A stretch of DNA of 64,000 bases from Geosiphon pyriformis uo1 (GCA_016748015.1 JAAOMT010000659.1:561222-625221), one strand, 5' to 3'. Shown: positions 49,265-63,760, counted from the stretch's first letter. Translations and numbers: made by a program. Notes: generated by a model not told the origin, from the sequence alone.

Positions 49265-52200
49265 TTATCACATGTATTAGCCACTAATGTCATATAATTA
49301 GCCACCCTATTTTTAGATAGTGATTGTTGACCTGATTAATGACCTGACCGTTAACCTAATCATTGACCTAATCATTGACCTGATCATTGACCTGATCATT
49401 GACCTTGTTGTTGACCACTTTAGATAGCTATATAAGCAATGATTCCCTTAGCTGTAGAAAGACATGATCAAAGTAACGAAATAAACAATATCAATTACTT
49501 CCTCTCATAATCACTTATTCCCCTTTCCTTACCTTCAAGTATCTACTTGTTGGCATTCACATACCTTATCTTTTCCCCTTCTTGATTTGTATTTGTTAGA
49601 ATTAGCCTGAGAAGCAATTGGCTTGCTCTTGTAATTCATTGAATAAAAAAACGATTAAAAAGTATCATAATACCTGTTATTGATTCTAAGAATCGCCGAG
49701 TTGAGGCATAGAATAATAGCAGCAGTGTTATCTTGTTGACAATCATGGACTATTCCTTTACCTTCAAATTTAAGAAAAGATTAGCGACTGTGATTTTTAT
49801 GAGACTGATCATGCACATTGAATTCCTACTTATTCAATTTGCTCCCTTATTGTAATTTCCTCTTTGTTTATTTCCATCACCATACAATAATGTTCTCTCT
49901 TGCTATCTGTTAGCTTGTTACTCCAACCCGTAACAATATCTTCTTTTCTATTGGGTTTTCCTCTTTTTTGGCAGGTATCACAGGTTTTAATGTACTCAGC
50001 AATGTCTTTTCCCAAGATAGGCCAATAATAGTGAGCTAGAGTTTTCTGAATTGTTTTAGTCTTTCCAAAATGTCTAGCTAATGGATCAGTGTGCATGTTA
50101 TAGATCACAATTTCTCTTTCTTCAAATCTTATGACTCTTTGGGGATGGTCAGGATCTTTTCTATTTTTTTTATATAATTGGTTCTGGCAGATTAAATAAA
50201 AATTTGATTGTTTGCGCAAATGTTCTCTTTGCTGTCAATTGTATTCCAGTGGGTATTGTCCTTTACCCAAAAATTTTATTAAGGCAGAGTAGTTGTCCAA
50301 GTCCATTATCATGTTTGTTTGTGGGAAAGTTACTAATAATTAGTTTGGTTTGGTTTGAGATGGTTGTACTGTCACTTGGTGGTAAGTCTGGAGAGAGCAT
50401 CGGCATTTTGATGATTAGCTCCTTTGTGATGTTGAATATCATAGTCAAATTCATCCAAGTGGAGTATTCAGTAAGTTAATCTTTTGTGTTCCAGCTTCTT
50501 TTTGTTGTGCAGCCAAACCAAAGCTTGGTAATCTGTTACTACCAGGAATTCGGCACCAAGAAGATATTTGTTCCAATAACTAGTAGCTCATACTACTGCC
50601 AGACATTCTTGTTCAGTCACTGAGTAGTTCTGCTCTGCTGGTGAGAGAGTTCTACTGGCATATACTATGGCATGTTCTTTGTCATCTTCATCTTTCTGGG
50701 ATAGAACAGCACCAAGTCCATAGCCAGATGCATCAGTGTGGAGAATGAAAGATTGATCTAGATCAGGTTGCTTCAGAATTGGTTCAGTGACTAGTTTTTC
50801 CTTTAGAGTTTCAAAAGCTTTTTGTTGGTGTGTGCTTCAATGGTAGTTGACGTTTTTCCATAGTAGCTGATTAAGTGGAGCAGCTATTTTGGAAAAATCC
50901 TTGACAAATTTGCAATAATAGGAAGCCAAACCAAGGAAAGAGTGTAGTTCATGAACATTCATTGGTTGTCTAATGTTCTGGACTTTTTCAACTTTAGCTA
51001 GATCAGAAAAGATTCTATCTTTTGTAATAAAATGACCAAGGAATTGGGTGGATTGTCTTTCAAAGAAAGATTTAATTGGGTTGATCTTGAGACCTGCATT
51101 TCTGAGAAGATCAAAAACCTTTTGCAAATGTTTAAGATGTTCATCCCAGGTTTTTGAGTACACTATTATATTGTCTAGATAGACCAGAACAAAGTTTTCT
51201 TTCACTAATTCAAATACTTTATCCATTAAGCATTAAAAAGTGAGAGGGGCATTAATAAGACCAAAAGACATGACTGTGAATTCATAGGTGCCATACTTGG
51301 TAATGAAAGCGGTTTTCTTCTGGCTTTCTGAATCCATTTCTATTTGCCAGAATCCAGCAGTTAGATCAATGGTTGAAAAGAAAGCAGCATCTTTGAATTG
51401 GTCCAGTATTGCATTAATCTTGGGAAGTAGATACATGTCTCTTTCAGTGATGACATTTAATTGGCAGTAGTCAACACAGAAGCATAGAGTTTCACCTTTC
51501 TTGGATACCACTACAACTGGGAAAGCCCATTCACTCTTGGTTTCTTGTATGAATTCAAGTTCTTTCATCCTGTTTATTTCTTTCTTGATGAACTCATTAT
51601 TTCGGCAATTGGATTGGTAAGGCTTTAAATGGATGGGACAAGTTTCTCTGGTGGTGATGGTGTGTTGTATCACATGGGTTCGTCCAGGGGTATCACCTTT
51701 TTTTGAGATAACTGGGCTGTTTCTTGCCAACAGATTTTCAATGTCTATCTTTCTTTTTTCTGGGGAGGGTTCTCTTTGTTTTACTACTAATGATTGGATC
51801 TCAGGTGGTTTATTCTCAAAGGACTTCTGTACTTCTTTTAATTCATCTCTTGGTATTAGGCTAATTGGTTTCCAATCTTTGTAATAGATCAGGCATGATT
51901 TGCATTCATCACTTGGAGAATACAAAGGTTTATTGCACCAGCACTGGGCACAAGGGCCATGCCACCAATAACTGTATTTGGCTTTCTTGTCAGGCTTTTG
52001 GTCAAAGGTTCTTCTTAGGATATCATAGTAGGGCCAGCAGATCAGCTTGCCATTTACAATGATTCCCTTTCTATTAGCTTTAACATTGTCTAGTGGCTTG
52101 CCATTGCTGGTAAAAGTGGTGTAGGCAAGTTCAGCAGTTTCTTCTTGTTCTTCTTGTTCATCTTCTTCATCACTCTCTTCATCATCTGATTCCTCTGATT

Positions 52201-53056
52201 GCTTATCTTCTTGATTTTGTTTGGTTGCTAGAGGAGTTGTCCAATAGCAACATTTAACCACAATGGGTTTTTTATCACATCTTATGGTTAGCTCACAAAG
52301 TTCATAGTCGAGTAAGACTTTTGCTTTCTTGAGCCACTCATTGCCAACAATGATGGTGTATTCTTTAGCTTCAGAAACTTCCATGTCAGTTTTAATACTG
52401 ATGCTATTGATGCAGACAGGAATAGCTTTGGCAATGCCCAGACTTTTCTTCTTGTCACCATGTACATTAGTCATTGGTCGGGTGGAAGGCTCATCAATTT
52501 TTCTACCAATTGCTTCAAGGAAGTGTTTGGCAATTACACTAACAGATGATCCACTGTCTAGAATCAAGTCAATAAAGTAACCAGCCACTTGTGCTTTGCA
52601 AATTAGAGGAGTGACATTGCTGTTGTCAGCAAATCCAGCTTGGTGAGGGCATTTATTGGTCTTTGGTGTTTTCTTCTTGAAGATTAGAGATTTGTGAAGA
52701 TTTTTTCTGAACTGTGGATGGGTTATTAGCTGGCCAAAGGTAATGTGTGCTGGGGTTTCCATAAGATCTTTGACAACAGAATAGGGTCCAGATTTTTGTA
52801 CAATTTCTGGGGGTTCCAACTTTGGAGGGTTCTTAAAAACTTTGGCTTTTGGTGGCTCATTGTTATCAGCAGTGGAAGTTGAGGCTTTGTTGGGATCTAG
52901 AACGAAATCAACCTTGGCTTTCTTCTTTTTTCTGGTTGATTCAGAAGTGTTGATTGCTAATTCATCCATGTCATGGTCATCATCAGTTAAGAAAAAAAAG
53001 AAAAAGGGGTTTTCTTCTGGTTGGCTTGCACTCTTACCCTTTGGAGGTGTGCCTAC

Positions 53057-53076
53057 NNNNNNNNNNNNNNNNNNNN
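53057..53076. other. Assembly gap (20 N) flanked by a ~375-bp direct duplication
   Basis: 52681-53056 is repeated at 53077-53452. Confidence 0.95.
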
Positions 53077-55675
53077 AGATTAGAGATTTGTGAAGATTTT
53101 TTCTGAACTGTGGATGGGTTATTAGCTGGCCAAAGGTAATGTGTGCTGGGGTTTCCATAAGATCTTTGACAACAGAATAGGGTCCAGATTTTTGTACAAT
53201 TTCTGGGGGTTCCAACTTTGGAGGGTTCTTAAAAACTTTGGCTTTTGGTGGCTCATTGTTATCAGCAGTGGAAGTTGAGGCTTTGTTGGGATCTAGAACG
53301 AAATCAACCTTGGCTTTCTTCTTTTTTCTGGTTGATTCAGAAGTGTTGATTGCTAATTCATCCATGTCATGGTCATCATCAGTTAAGTTAAAAGTAAAAA
53401 AGAGGTTTTCTTCTGGTTGGCTTGCACTCTCACTTTTTGAAGGTGCACCTATCAGTTTAAAGGCTAATAGACTGTGGCTTCAACTAGATGTTGGCATGGT
53501 TGGGTCTTTGATTGGGAGCATTATTGTTGATGGGTCTATTGTTTTGATTGTTATTATTTCTGAAGACTGGAGGAGGTAAAGGAGGATTGTTGCAATTTCT
53601 TGAGAAATGTCCAGTTAATCCACATCTATAACATACAGGAGGACCACGATTTTACTGTTTTTGATAAGAAGATTGCTGGGGCTGATTAAAACGTGGTTCA
53701 TATCTGGGTCTTTGTGGTTGTTGGTTATCTCTAACTGCTTGTGCCAAAGGTTCTAATAACCAGGCAAGATTGGCTGTGAGTCTAACAAATAATTGTTCAT
53801 TTGGATCTTGAGTTTGGACAGTAAAAGAGGCAGCAGCCATTTGAGGAGCAGGAGCCATGACAAGAGCAGAAGCAAAAACTGGAAGTGTAGATTCCAAATG
53901 TATTCTTTGGTTGTCTTCAATTCGTTGGGCAAGTTCAATGACCATGTTCATTGTAGGATTGTCTTTCAGGGCCAAGAGAGGCCAAAAAGCATAAGATAAA
54001 TCGGTTCTCAATCCTTTTGTGAAGGAATGAATTTTTTGCTCTTCTGTCCAATTTTTTCCAGAGTCTGCACACTTGATTAACTTTCTGATTGCTTTAGCAT
54101 ATTCAGTTACAATTTCACCTGGACCTTGAGTTCTTCTTTCCAATTCCATGTGCCACTTGGATATCAAGATTGGGGTTCTGAACTTGTTTTCAAACCAGGT
54201 TGTGAAAGAGGTGTTGTTTTCTCCAGCATTTGCTGACATCCATCTAATGATTCTTTGATGGGCATTAGCATCAGTTTTCTGTGAGAACCAGGTAGCAGGA
54301 GAGCCTTGGAGATAGCCACCAATAATTTGAAACTTGTACTCATCATTGTATTGGTTGGCTGTAGCAGCTCTTTCAAAGTCATCCAACCATTCAATTGGAT
54401 CTTGTGCATCGCCTCTGAATAATGGTAGTGGGGTGTTGTTTCTTCATTCCAAAGCAGTTTGTATGCCTTGGAGGGCAGCCAGAATGTTTGCTTGCATTGG
54501 ATCATGGGCCATTGGTTCAGGGGTTACTGTTTGAGTGGAATGTTCTGATTCACTTAAAAAGAGATCAAAAATAGGAGCAGTTTGATAACTTTCTTCTTCT
54601 GTTTCAAGGGAAGTTATAGTTGATTGGTGAGCAGCAACCCAAATGTGTATTTGGTGATTCAGATATTCAAAATCAGGGGGCTGTTGTGTGAAAGTTGTGG
54701 AGTATAAAAGCTGATTGATGCTATTATTTCTTTCTTCAAAGTTGTCTTCAAAATAAGCTTGGTCAAAGTAATAAGTTGTATATGCTGTATAGGTTTCAGC
54801 TGAGTGCTCGTTCAGAAACCAGTTCCAAAAGTCTTAGAATTGTCTATTAGATTGTTCTTCAAGGGGAAAGCAGATCAAGCAGAAGAGCAAGAGATTGAGT
54901 TCAATAAAGTCTAGATTGTTTCTGTTGTGTGCTGCAAAGTGTTCTTCTGATTGCTGTGGCAGGTATGAATAATCACCCATACAATGAGGAAATAAGTAAA
55001 TTTTGACAACCTCACAGGAAGCACCACTTTTATGTTATGGGTTAGAGTAACAAGCTAATGGATAGTAAGGGAGAACAGGATTGTAGGGTGATGGAAATAA
55101 TCAAAGAGGAATTCAACTTTAAAAAGCGAATTTGAATGAGTATGGATTCAATGTGCGAGATCAGTCTCATAAAATATCTCAGTCACTATTCTTTTCAAAG
55201 GTAACTGGAGAATCTGAAGGTAAAAGAATAGTCCGTACTGTCAACAATTGATCACCACTGGTATAATTCTATGCCTCACATCAGTGCTCTTAGAATTCAA
55301 TATCAGGTATCAACTTGTGCTTTTCAGTCACGTTTATTCAAATAATCTTCAAATGCTACAATTATATACATCAGGAAAAGGTCAACAAGTAATCTTTTAT
55401 CTTTTAAGATGTTCAGATACTTGAAGATAAGGAAAGGAAAATTAGCGATAAGAGAAAGATTGAGATGAAAGTTGTTATTTTATTTATTCTTGATTATTCA
55501 GATGCTTGTTATTACATGCTTTTCTATAGCTAAGAGATTCATTACTTATATAGCTGTCAAAAGTGGTCAATGATTAGGTCAATGATCACTTTCTAAAAAT
55601 AATGTGGCTAATCATATGACATCAGTGGCTAATACATGTGATAACTAATAAAAACTATGAGTTTTAACCATAACA

Positions 55676-58600
55676 ATATAATTAGAAGACAACAAAACTT
55701 TGATCTAAACAAAGAAACAATAATCAAAAGCATCCTGAACAAAAAAAGACAAATAATTGTACTGGACTATGTCATTGAAGAAGGCAAATTTCATGATGAT
55801 CCTGATGAAATTAAAAAACTAGTAAACAAAAAAGCCCAAGAGTGGACTAGAACAAGAATCCTTGAGTCTGAGCTATGGAAAAGTTGGGAACACAGATTTG
55901 AACCAATTGAGAGCATTCCAGACCATGTCTTTGATGATGTAATGGCTGAAATAACAAATGAGAAATTTGAACACATATTGAGCCACACACCTCATAATAA
56001 AGCCTCTAGTCCATCAGAAAGGCTGGGCCTAATACCAAGTCTAAACTGAGAACATTGCTCAATGCTTGCATAGAAGCAGCAAACATGCCTGAGGAGTGGA
56101 GAGTAGCACATGTTATACTGATTCCAAAGCCAAAAGAATGGAGTGGCAATATTGACATCACAAGGCTGATCACACTTATTGAAAGCACTAGAAAAATCTT
56201 AACAAAGATTCTAACTGTAAGAATATTAAAAGCATGTGAACTTCACAATGTCCTAAAAGGTTACAATACTTCAGTGTTAAAGAATACTTCCACAGCAGTT
56301 TCAATTCATGTGATTAATGCTGTCACTGAACATGCAAGAGAATTTGGTAATAAGGTCTGGTTTACATTTCAGGACATGAAAAAGGCATATGATTCAGTGG
56401 GATGGAAACCCATGGAAGCTGTACTAAAAAGAATTAAGATGAACAATAGGTTACTGAGCTATTTGGCTTGATGCACAACAATAAAAACAATAGAATCATA
56501 ACTGAATTTGAGTTAAGTGACAAATATCAAGTACAAAATGGACTAGATCAAGGGGAAACAAGCTCTATGACCCCTTACTGTGTAAAGTAAAACAAGCCAA
56601 TTATAGTCATGGATACAAACTAACAGCTGCATGGAAAAAGTGGGACAATCAATCAGATACACAATCTTTGTTGGTATTAGTGAATCATCTAGTCTTCATT
56701 GATAACACAGTATAGATAGCTAACTCAAGACAGAGAATGCAGAGTATTCTGGACACAGCTAGCTCCTTCTTTAAAATGGTAGATATAGAGGTCAACTTAG
56801 ATAAGACTGAAACAATAGTGGTCAAACCCTCTAAAGGGAGATTATTGATGGTTGAGCAACTAAAATTTGGTCCAAACAAACAAATCTTGAAATTGCTGGA
56901 TCCATTTACATGTACCCAATATTTGGGAGTATGGATCAGAGCAGATGGAAAAAATAAAACTGTTCTAAAAATGATAGGATCTGACATTGAAGCAATATGT
57001 GCAGTTATTAGTAAAAAACACATCACTGAAAAACAGGCCATTTACATTTTTAACAGTGTTTTCAGTCCAACAATAGAATTCAGATCTCAATTGACCCATA
57101 TTCCAAATAGCTGGGCTAGAAAATAGACTTCAAAAATTTTGGCCACTATAAAGAAAAAGGTGAAACTTTCAATAGATTTCCCAGCCAGTACTATGCACCA
57201 CTCATCCTTGTATAACTTGTTCAAAATTGAGAATATACAAGCAAAAAGCAAGATCACAGATTTGTTGGTTAGATTGAACAGTACTAATATTGCTGGAATG
57301 GCTACAAAAATCAGACTAGCCAACTTACAGACACAAAGATAGTTAGCTCATAATATACTTAAATACCCCACCAATGAATAATCTAGGCCAGGAGTTAATC
57401 TAATAGCTAATATTATGCAGATAATAGAGGAAAGGGACATCTCATTCAGGAGCGATGGTAACACACATGAGGTACTTGAATCTTCAAGACCACAGGCATA
57501 TTTAATTGAGACTATCATACCTTCAAGTACAACCTACATCAAAGTTAGAAGCTTACTGAGGAAGAAAAACATTTTGTACTTGCATCAGATACAGAACAAA
57601 GATAAGTCATTGATGACATGGATGGACTTCACAAGGAAGTACAGACAAAATGATAGTGGTAGAATTCTCAGATGGTTCAAAATTTTGGAGTCTATGATCA
57701 TTATGGATAAGCACAGGAACATTGATGTAACACAATGTGAAGTACTGGGGATGCACAAACTGACTAACCAAATACCAGATGATTTAGAAACAATACAAAG
57801 AGACACTATTTACATCCATATCCCTAACACTTTATTACCACAATGGAGGGGTGTACAAGAGAAGTTGAGACTCAGAAAAGAAATAGAAATATCAACAGAT
57901 GGCTCACTAGTAAAAGCTGGTTCTAATGATGTGAGAGAAGTGGCTGCTTTCATAATACATGGAATGGAGGCCGAATTTGGTATAGCAGTTGATGAAACAT
58001 TATCATCAACAAAAACAGAGGTGAAGGCTGTATTATTGGCTTTGGAAGCAGTACCTTACAGATGCAAGCTGACAATAAACACAGATAGTCAAGCAGTGAT
58101 GTCAATGGCTCAAAAATAGTTATCCAAAGATTTTTTCTTGTTTATTAGAAATCAGCTCAAAACTTCAAACTGGCACACATGGAATGCAATCAGAGCAATA
58201 GTAAGGGAAAAGAGGATTGATCTCAACATGAACAAAGTGGCTGCACATACTGGTATGTTAGAAAATGAGAAGGCTGACAAACTAGCCAAAGAATCTACCA
58301 ATCTTGACACAGTAAGATGGGTCTATAATGCTAAGGAGATTGCATACATTCCCCTTTGCAGAAGAATTGAATTGGATCTAAATATCAGACATTTTCTGAG
58401 TGAACAGACTAGTCTTCAAGTAGCTTTGGATTGGATAGACAACAACAAAGTCCAAGAGATGTTAGGTTCTTTAGACCAAGATATAGACTGGATGTGCAAA
58501 ACCAAGATTTGGAACTGGGATGGTAAAATGTCATTAGGTTTTACCTCAGCTGGTTCTTCAGCAATGTGCACATTTATTATGAAATCATTTCACAACATGC

Positions 58601-59398
58601 TGCCAACAGCAGAGGTGCTATACAACAGATGTCCCCTTGTATACCTAAACAATCTTTGCAAAATATGTCACAGAGAAGTGGAAACCAACCAGCACTTTTG
58701 GGAATGCTCTCTGAATACCCAAGAGGGCAAGACATTGATTAATGATGTAAGAGATAAGTGGATACAGTGCCTTTCAAAGGCTGTGAGAGGGGAATGTGAA
58801 GCCCTAAACACTAATAAAAAAATTGTGTTGTCTAATGAATACATCATGTCAACATCTAATATAGATCTGCTGTATAAAGGATTGATCAATAAGCAATTTG
58901 GAAGAATCAACACTTTTGCTGACATTGACCTAAAGACTAACAATAATATATTAATTAAGGTGTGTAAATGGGCAGTTAATCAAGCAAGGAATAGATTGTG
59001 GAGAGAACATTGCAAATTGCAAACTAAATGGGAAAAATCAATGAGTATTGATAACAGGGTCAAAAAAATCCATCTGATGAGTCCAACATACATAATATGT
59101 TAAGAAATAATGATAGAGATATTGGCAAACCCATAGGCAAAATAGGTGGTGTATTCACACAGTGTAATAATATACTGACTAATGTTTTTTGTGGTAGAAA
59201 TACTTTGTGTAATAGTGTGATACTCCATAGATTTTCTGGTTATACTAGCATGTAGTTAGGCATGACCACTTAATAGTTAGCCACATCTTGTAATTTAGAT
59301 TATTGGGTGAGTTGGCTTTATGAAAAGGTCATGCTTTTTGAATGTGGCTAAACTAATAAAAGACCAGCATGGCTACATGTTAAAAAAAAAAAAAAAAA
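55676..59398 (+). mobile_element. LINE-b right half: RT, RNase H, C-terminal zinc finger, 3' UTR, poly(A)
   Basis: WRVAHVILIPK, QDMKKAYDSV, GLDQGE, YLGVW, ISTDGS, NTDSQ, AAHTGMLENEKADKLA, CKICHREVETNQHFWEC; A17 at 59382-59398. Confidence 0.92.
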
Positions 59399-59482
59399 GG
59401 TAAATGCTAACAAGTAATCTTTTATCCCAAAATGTTTAGATACTTGAAGATAAAGAAAGAGAAATTAGTAATAAGAGAATGA
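59399..59482 (-). repeat. Gypsy-1 LTR sliver (the target LINE-b inserted into)
   Basis: aacaagtaatcttttatc...gatacttgaag...gaaattagtaataagaga matches the LTR middle. Confidence 0.75.
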
Positions 59483-62400
59483 TTTTTTTTTTGTTAACAT
59501 GTAGTCACGCCGGTCATTTATTAGTTATTCCACAGTAATGTGGCAGTTTCATAAAGCCAGCTCACCCAATAATACATATTACAAGATGCGGCTAACCACA
59601 AGCGGAAAGCCCTAACTACACACTAGTACTACCTTTGCTACCTAATGTATTAAACATATCTAATTCATACATCTTACCCATAATGCATACAAGTTCATGA
59701 CTACTCTTAACAAGACTGCTCATCCACTTAGCCATCTGATCTGGATCAGACTTGATATTAGAGGATTGAACCTCCCATAACTCCATCATCGAATCAAATG
59801 TATCATCATAGACTGAAAAATCTTTAGCATCACCATCATCATCATCATCATTATCATCATCCATGTCATCATTATCAGATAAGTTATAGTGTACCTTCCC
59901 ACTCCTCAACTTGAGAGCCCCCACTTCTTTTTGCAGCACAGAAGCCACAGCACGAACAGCTTCAATTTGGTTTCCCAATCCAATCACACTTTCCTTCATT
60001 GCCTCTGCCATAACTGGTGGAGTAGACAATAACATAGTAACCAATGCAACCAAAGAACCCACAGGCTCAACTATAGATTTGATCAACAAAGACAGTTCAC
60101 TAAGTTGGGTTTCCAGAGAAGTCAATCTAGTGTTATGGTTGAAACCCAAAGTTTTTATTAGTTATCACATGTATTAGCCACTGATGTCATATAATTAGCC
60201 ATCCTATTTTTAGATAGTGATTGTTGACCACTTTAGATAGCTATATAAGCGATGATTCCCTTAGCTGTAGAAAAACATGATCAAAGTAATGAAATAAAAC
60301 AATATCAATTACTTCCTCTCATATTGCTTATTTTTCTTTTCTTACCTTCAAGTATCTACTTGTTGGCATTCACATACCTTATCTTTTCCCCTTTTTGATT
60401 TGTATTTGTTAGAATTAGCCTGAGAAGCAATTGGCTTGCTCTTGTAATTCATTGAATAAAGAAACGATTGAAAAGCACAATGATACCTGTTATTGATTCT
60501 AAGAATCACTGAGTTGAGGCATAGAATAATAGCAGTGGTGTTATCTTGTTGACAATCACGGACTATTTCTCTACCTTCAGATTTAAGAAAAGATTAGCAA
60601 CTGTGATTTTTATGAGACTGATCATGCACATTGAATCCTTACTCATTCAATTCGCTCTCTTATTGTAATTCCCTCTTTGTTTATTTCCATCACCATACAA
60701 TAGTGTTCTCTCTTGCTATCTGTTAGCTTGTTACTCCAACCCATAACACTAGCATTAACAGCAACATCTGAACCAGAAGAGGCAACCGGCAACAGCGGCA
60801 CCACAACTTTGGGGGAGGTACTGAAAGCCAGACCCATATCAACAGCAGCAGCAACAGGAAGAACCACAGAGGTGGCAGCTTTGGCATAAGATTTAGCTCC
60901 AACAAGAGATGACTTGAAAAAGATGGGACCACCAGCAGAATTAGAAGAGAGTTTGGGAGGGAGAGGTGGCAACACCTTGCAGTCCACAGCCAAATGATCC
61001 AAACTTTGACATCTGTAGCAGTGACGACATCCAGGAGTTTCCCACCAGATGCAGCAGCCATGTAAGATACCAGTTTTTGAAACAGCAGCATTTAAAGATT
61101 CCAAGGAATCAAAGGTCACCACAGCAAAGTGTTGACGTCAATAGGAATCAGGGGAGTGGGAAATGAAATACGTACAGCCACCAACTTGAAAGACCAGATT
61201 ACTTATCTCAAATGCAGTACAGCCAAATGGAAGATTAACCAGCTTAGCTTTGAAAGCATTTCTTGAGGAGATAACCTCTTTTTGGTTGGCAATGGGAAAA
61301 ATCCTAACACTATCTTTTCTGACCAACACAGACCAGTTAGAGAGAGCAGCAGCAGCAGAAGAAATGTCCTTAAAGTTAACCACAGCATATTGCCATAAGC
61401 CAGCAGGCTTCAACTTAACAGAAGTGACAACACCAAAAATACCAAGAGCAGATTTGATGTCATCAGAAGAAACTCCCAAGGGTACGTCACACAGTGCAAC
61501 TAACAAAGAAGGGGAAGAAACAGAGGCCACTCCTGAAGACCGATCAATCTTAAGAGTGGTCAAAAAAACCTCATCACCAATGGCCACTTTGATAGCACCA
61601 TTTAGACACTTCTGAAACACAAATTCCATACAGAACAACTTGACAGCATCTTGTAAAACAAATTTAAGCCCAATACAACCAGGCAACAACTGAAACAAAG
61701 AACTGAGCAAAGCCATCTTGATCTTAAATGTAGCACCAGGTACAAGATTGGAGGCCACCCAACCAGAGAACCTTTGACATCCAGTCACATTCACCCAAGC
61801 ACCAGCATCAGATGCACCAGAAACTGGGGGGGGAACAGTTGATTCCATTTCCATCTGATCAGCCCAATCTTTGAGATCATCTGGATTGATGGACTGTTTT
61901 GCTACTGGAATTGGCGATGATCTGCCAGAGAGTACCACATCAGGCAACACAGCCAGTGGTTGATCTTGGCCCAACTTGGGAGATGTGTCACTGCTGTTGC
62001 CATCCATATCAGGAATAGGGCTGGCTGCTGTTGTGGAGATTTTACTGAAGATCTCATCTGGAACCACAAAGGGGTTCAGTATGACCATAGCAGTTGTGAC
62101 TGCCTGCTGCTGTTTTTTGGGATTTTTTGCTTTTGCGGCCATTTGTGAAGCAGTAGTAGTAGAAGTAGTAGTGAGAGTGGTGAGAGCAGGAAAGACCAAC
62201 TTGTTGACTGGTCTGTTATTAAAAATCTTTGGGCTCTTTGAAGTGGTAGAGACAACACTGGGACTAACCCGAGTGTGTCTTTTTGAAGGAACTTTGACTG
62301 GAGAAGAACTTCCAGCCAAAGGAGAAGAAAATGAACCAGAAGCCGCTAAAGGCAGCTTATTACTATTATTTTTTAAAGGAAATGTTGCCAGAACATTTTG

Positions 62401-62538
62401 TCTAGCTGCTTCAATAACAGAGAGACCCTCTCGTGTTGAAACTTTATTAGTTACTATAGGAAAAGTAATGTTTGCAACTTTTTTACTCTTAGCTCTATTC
62501 ATGGTCATGAAATTTAGAAGAGAAAGAGTTTTTTGTCT
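59483..62538 (-). mobile_element. ORF1-only element type B, full length, interrupted by a solo LTR
   Basis: ORF 62508->59616 (MTMNRAK...GSTSV*), same 5' start as the 31527 copy, LINE-b-type tail and poly(A). Confidence 0.9.
60131..60748 (+). repeat. Gypsy-1 solo LTR (Z subtype), CTAG TSD
   Basis: TG...CA termini, ctag at 60127-60130 and 60749-60752, no PBS or PPT. Confidence 0.95.
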
Positions 62539-62539
62539 G

Positions 62540-63760
62540 CAAAGCTATTCCTGTCTGCATTAATGGCATCAGTATTGAAACTGACATGGAAGTTTCTGAA
62601 GCTAAAGAATATACCATCATTGTTAGCAATGAGTGGCTCAAGAAAGCAAAAGCCTTACTCGACTATGAACTTTGTGAGCTAACCATAAGATGTGATGAAA
62701 AACCCATTGTGGTTAAATGTCACCATTGGACAACTCCTCTAGCAACCAAACAAAATCAAGAAGATAAGCAATCAGAGGAATCAGATGATGAAGAGAGTGA
62801 TGAAGAAGATGAACAAGAAGAACAAGAAGAAACTGCTGAACTTGCCTATACCACCTTCACCAGCAATGGCAAGCCACTAGACAATGTTAAAGCTGATAGA
62901 GAGGAAATCATTGTAAATGGCAAGCTGATCTGCTGGCCCTACTATGATATCCTAAGAAGAACCTTTGACCAAAAGCCTGACAAGAAAGCCAAATACAGTT
63001 ATTGGTGGCATGGCCCTTGTGCCCAGTGCTGGTGCAATAAACCTTTGTATTTTTCAAGTGATAAATGCAAATCATGCCTGATCTATTACAAAAATTGGGA
63101 ACCAATTAGCCTAATACCAAGAGATAAATTAAAAGAAGTACAGAAGTCCTTTGAGAATGAACCACCTGAGATCCAATCATTAGTAGTAAAACAAAGAGAA
63201 CCCTTCCCAGAAGAAAGAAAGATAGACATTGAAAATCTGTTGGCAAGAAACAGCCCAGTTATCTCAAAAGAAGGTGATACCCCAGGACGAACCCATGTAA
63301 TACAACACACCATCACCACCAGAGAAACTTGCCCCATTCATTTAAAGCCTTACCAATCCAATTGCCAAAATAATGAGTTCATCAAGAAAGAAATAAACAG
63401 AATGAAAGAACTTGAATTCATACAAGAAACCAAGAGTGAATGGGCTTTCCCAGTTGTAGTGGTATCCAAGAAAGGTGAAACTCTATGCTTCTGTGTTGAC
63501 TACTGCCAATTAAATGCCATCACTGAAAGAGACATGTATCCACTTCCCAAGATTAATGCAATGCTGGACCAATTCAAAGATGCTAACTGCTGGATTCTGG
63601 CAAGTAAAGATGGATCCAGAAAGCCAGAAGAAAACCACCTTCATTACCAAGTATGGCATCTATGAATTCACAGTCATGCCTTTTGGTCTTACCAATGCCC
63701 CACCCACCTTTTAATGCTTAATGGATAAAGTATTTGAATCAGTGAAAGAAAACTTTGTTC
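62540..63760 (+). pseudogene. pol: Gypsy-1 pol fragment (end of PR to mid RT)
   Basis: AIPVCINGISIETDMEV...WAFPVVVV...MPFGL. Confidence 0.9.

Larger units (their letters stand above)
42291..49935 (+). mobile_element. Gypsy-1 copy Z, full length and uninterrupted (5' LTR 42291-42920, 3' LTR 49234-49935)
   Basis: ATAT TSD at 42287-42290 and 49936-49939; TG...CA termini; PBS and PPT; inserted in the integrase of X. Confidence 0.95.
29676..55675 (-). mobile_element. Gypsy-1 copy X (3' LTR 29676-30401, 5' LTR 55033-55675) carrying nested Y and Z
   Basis: ATAT TSD at 29672-29675 and 55676-55679. Internal pieces 30402-31042, 41313-42290 and 49940-55032 are contiguous once the inserts are removed. 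The LTR pair shares the diagnostic segment caattatata(c/t)(a/g)tcaggaaaaggtcaac. Confidence 0.9.

Noticed and set aside
51233-53365. 710-aa ORF with an internal tandem duplication
   Set aside because: The duplication flanks the N gap and is nearly identical, so it is a scaffolding artefact.
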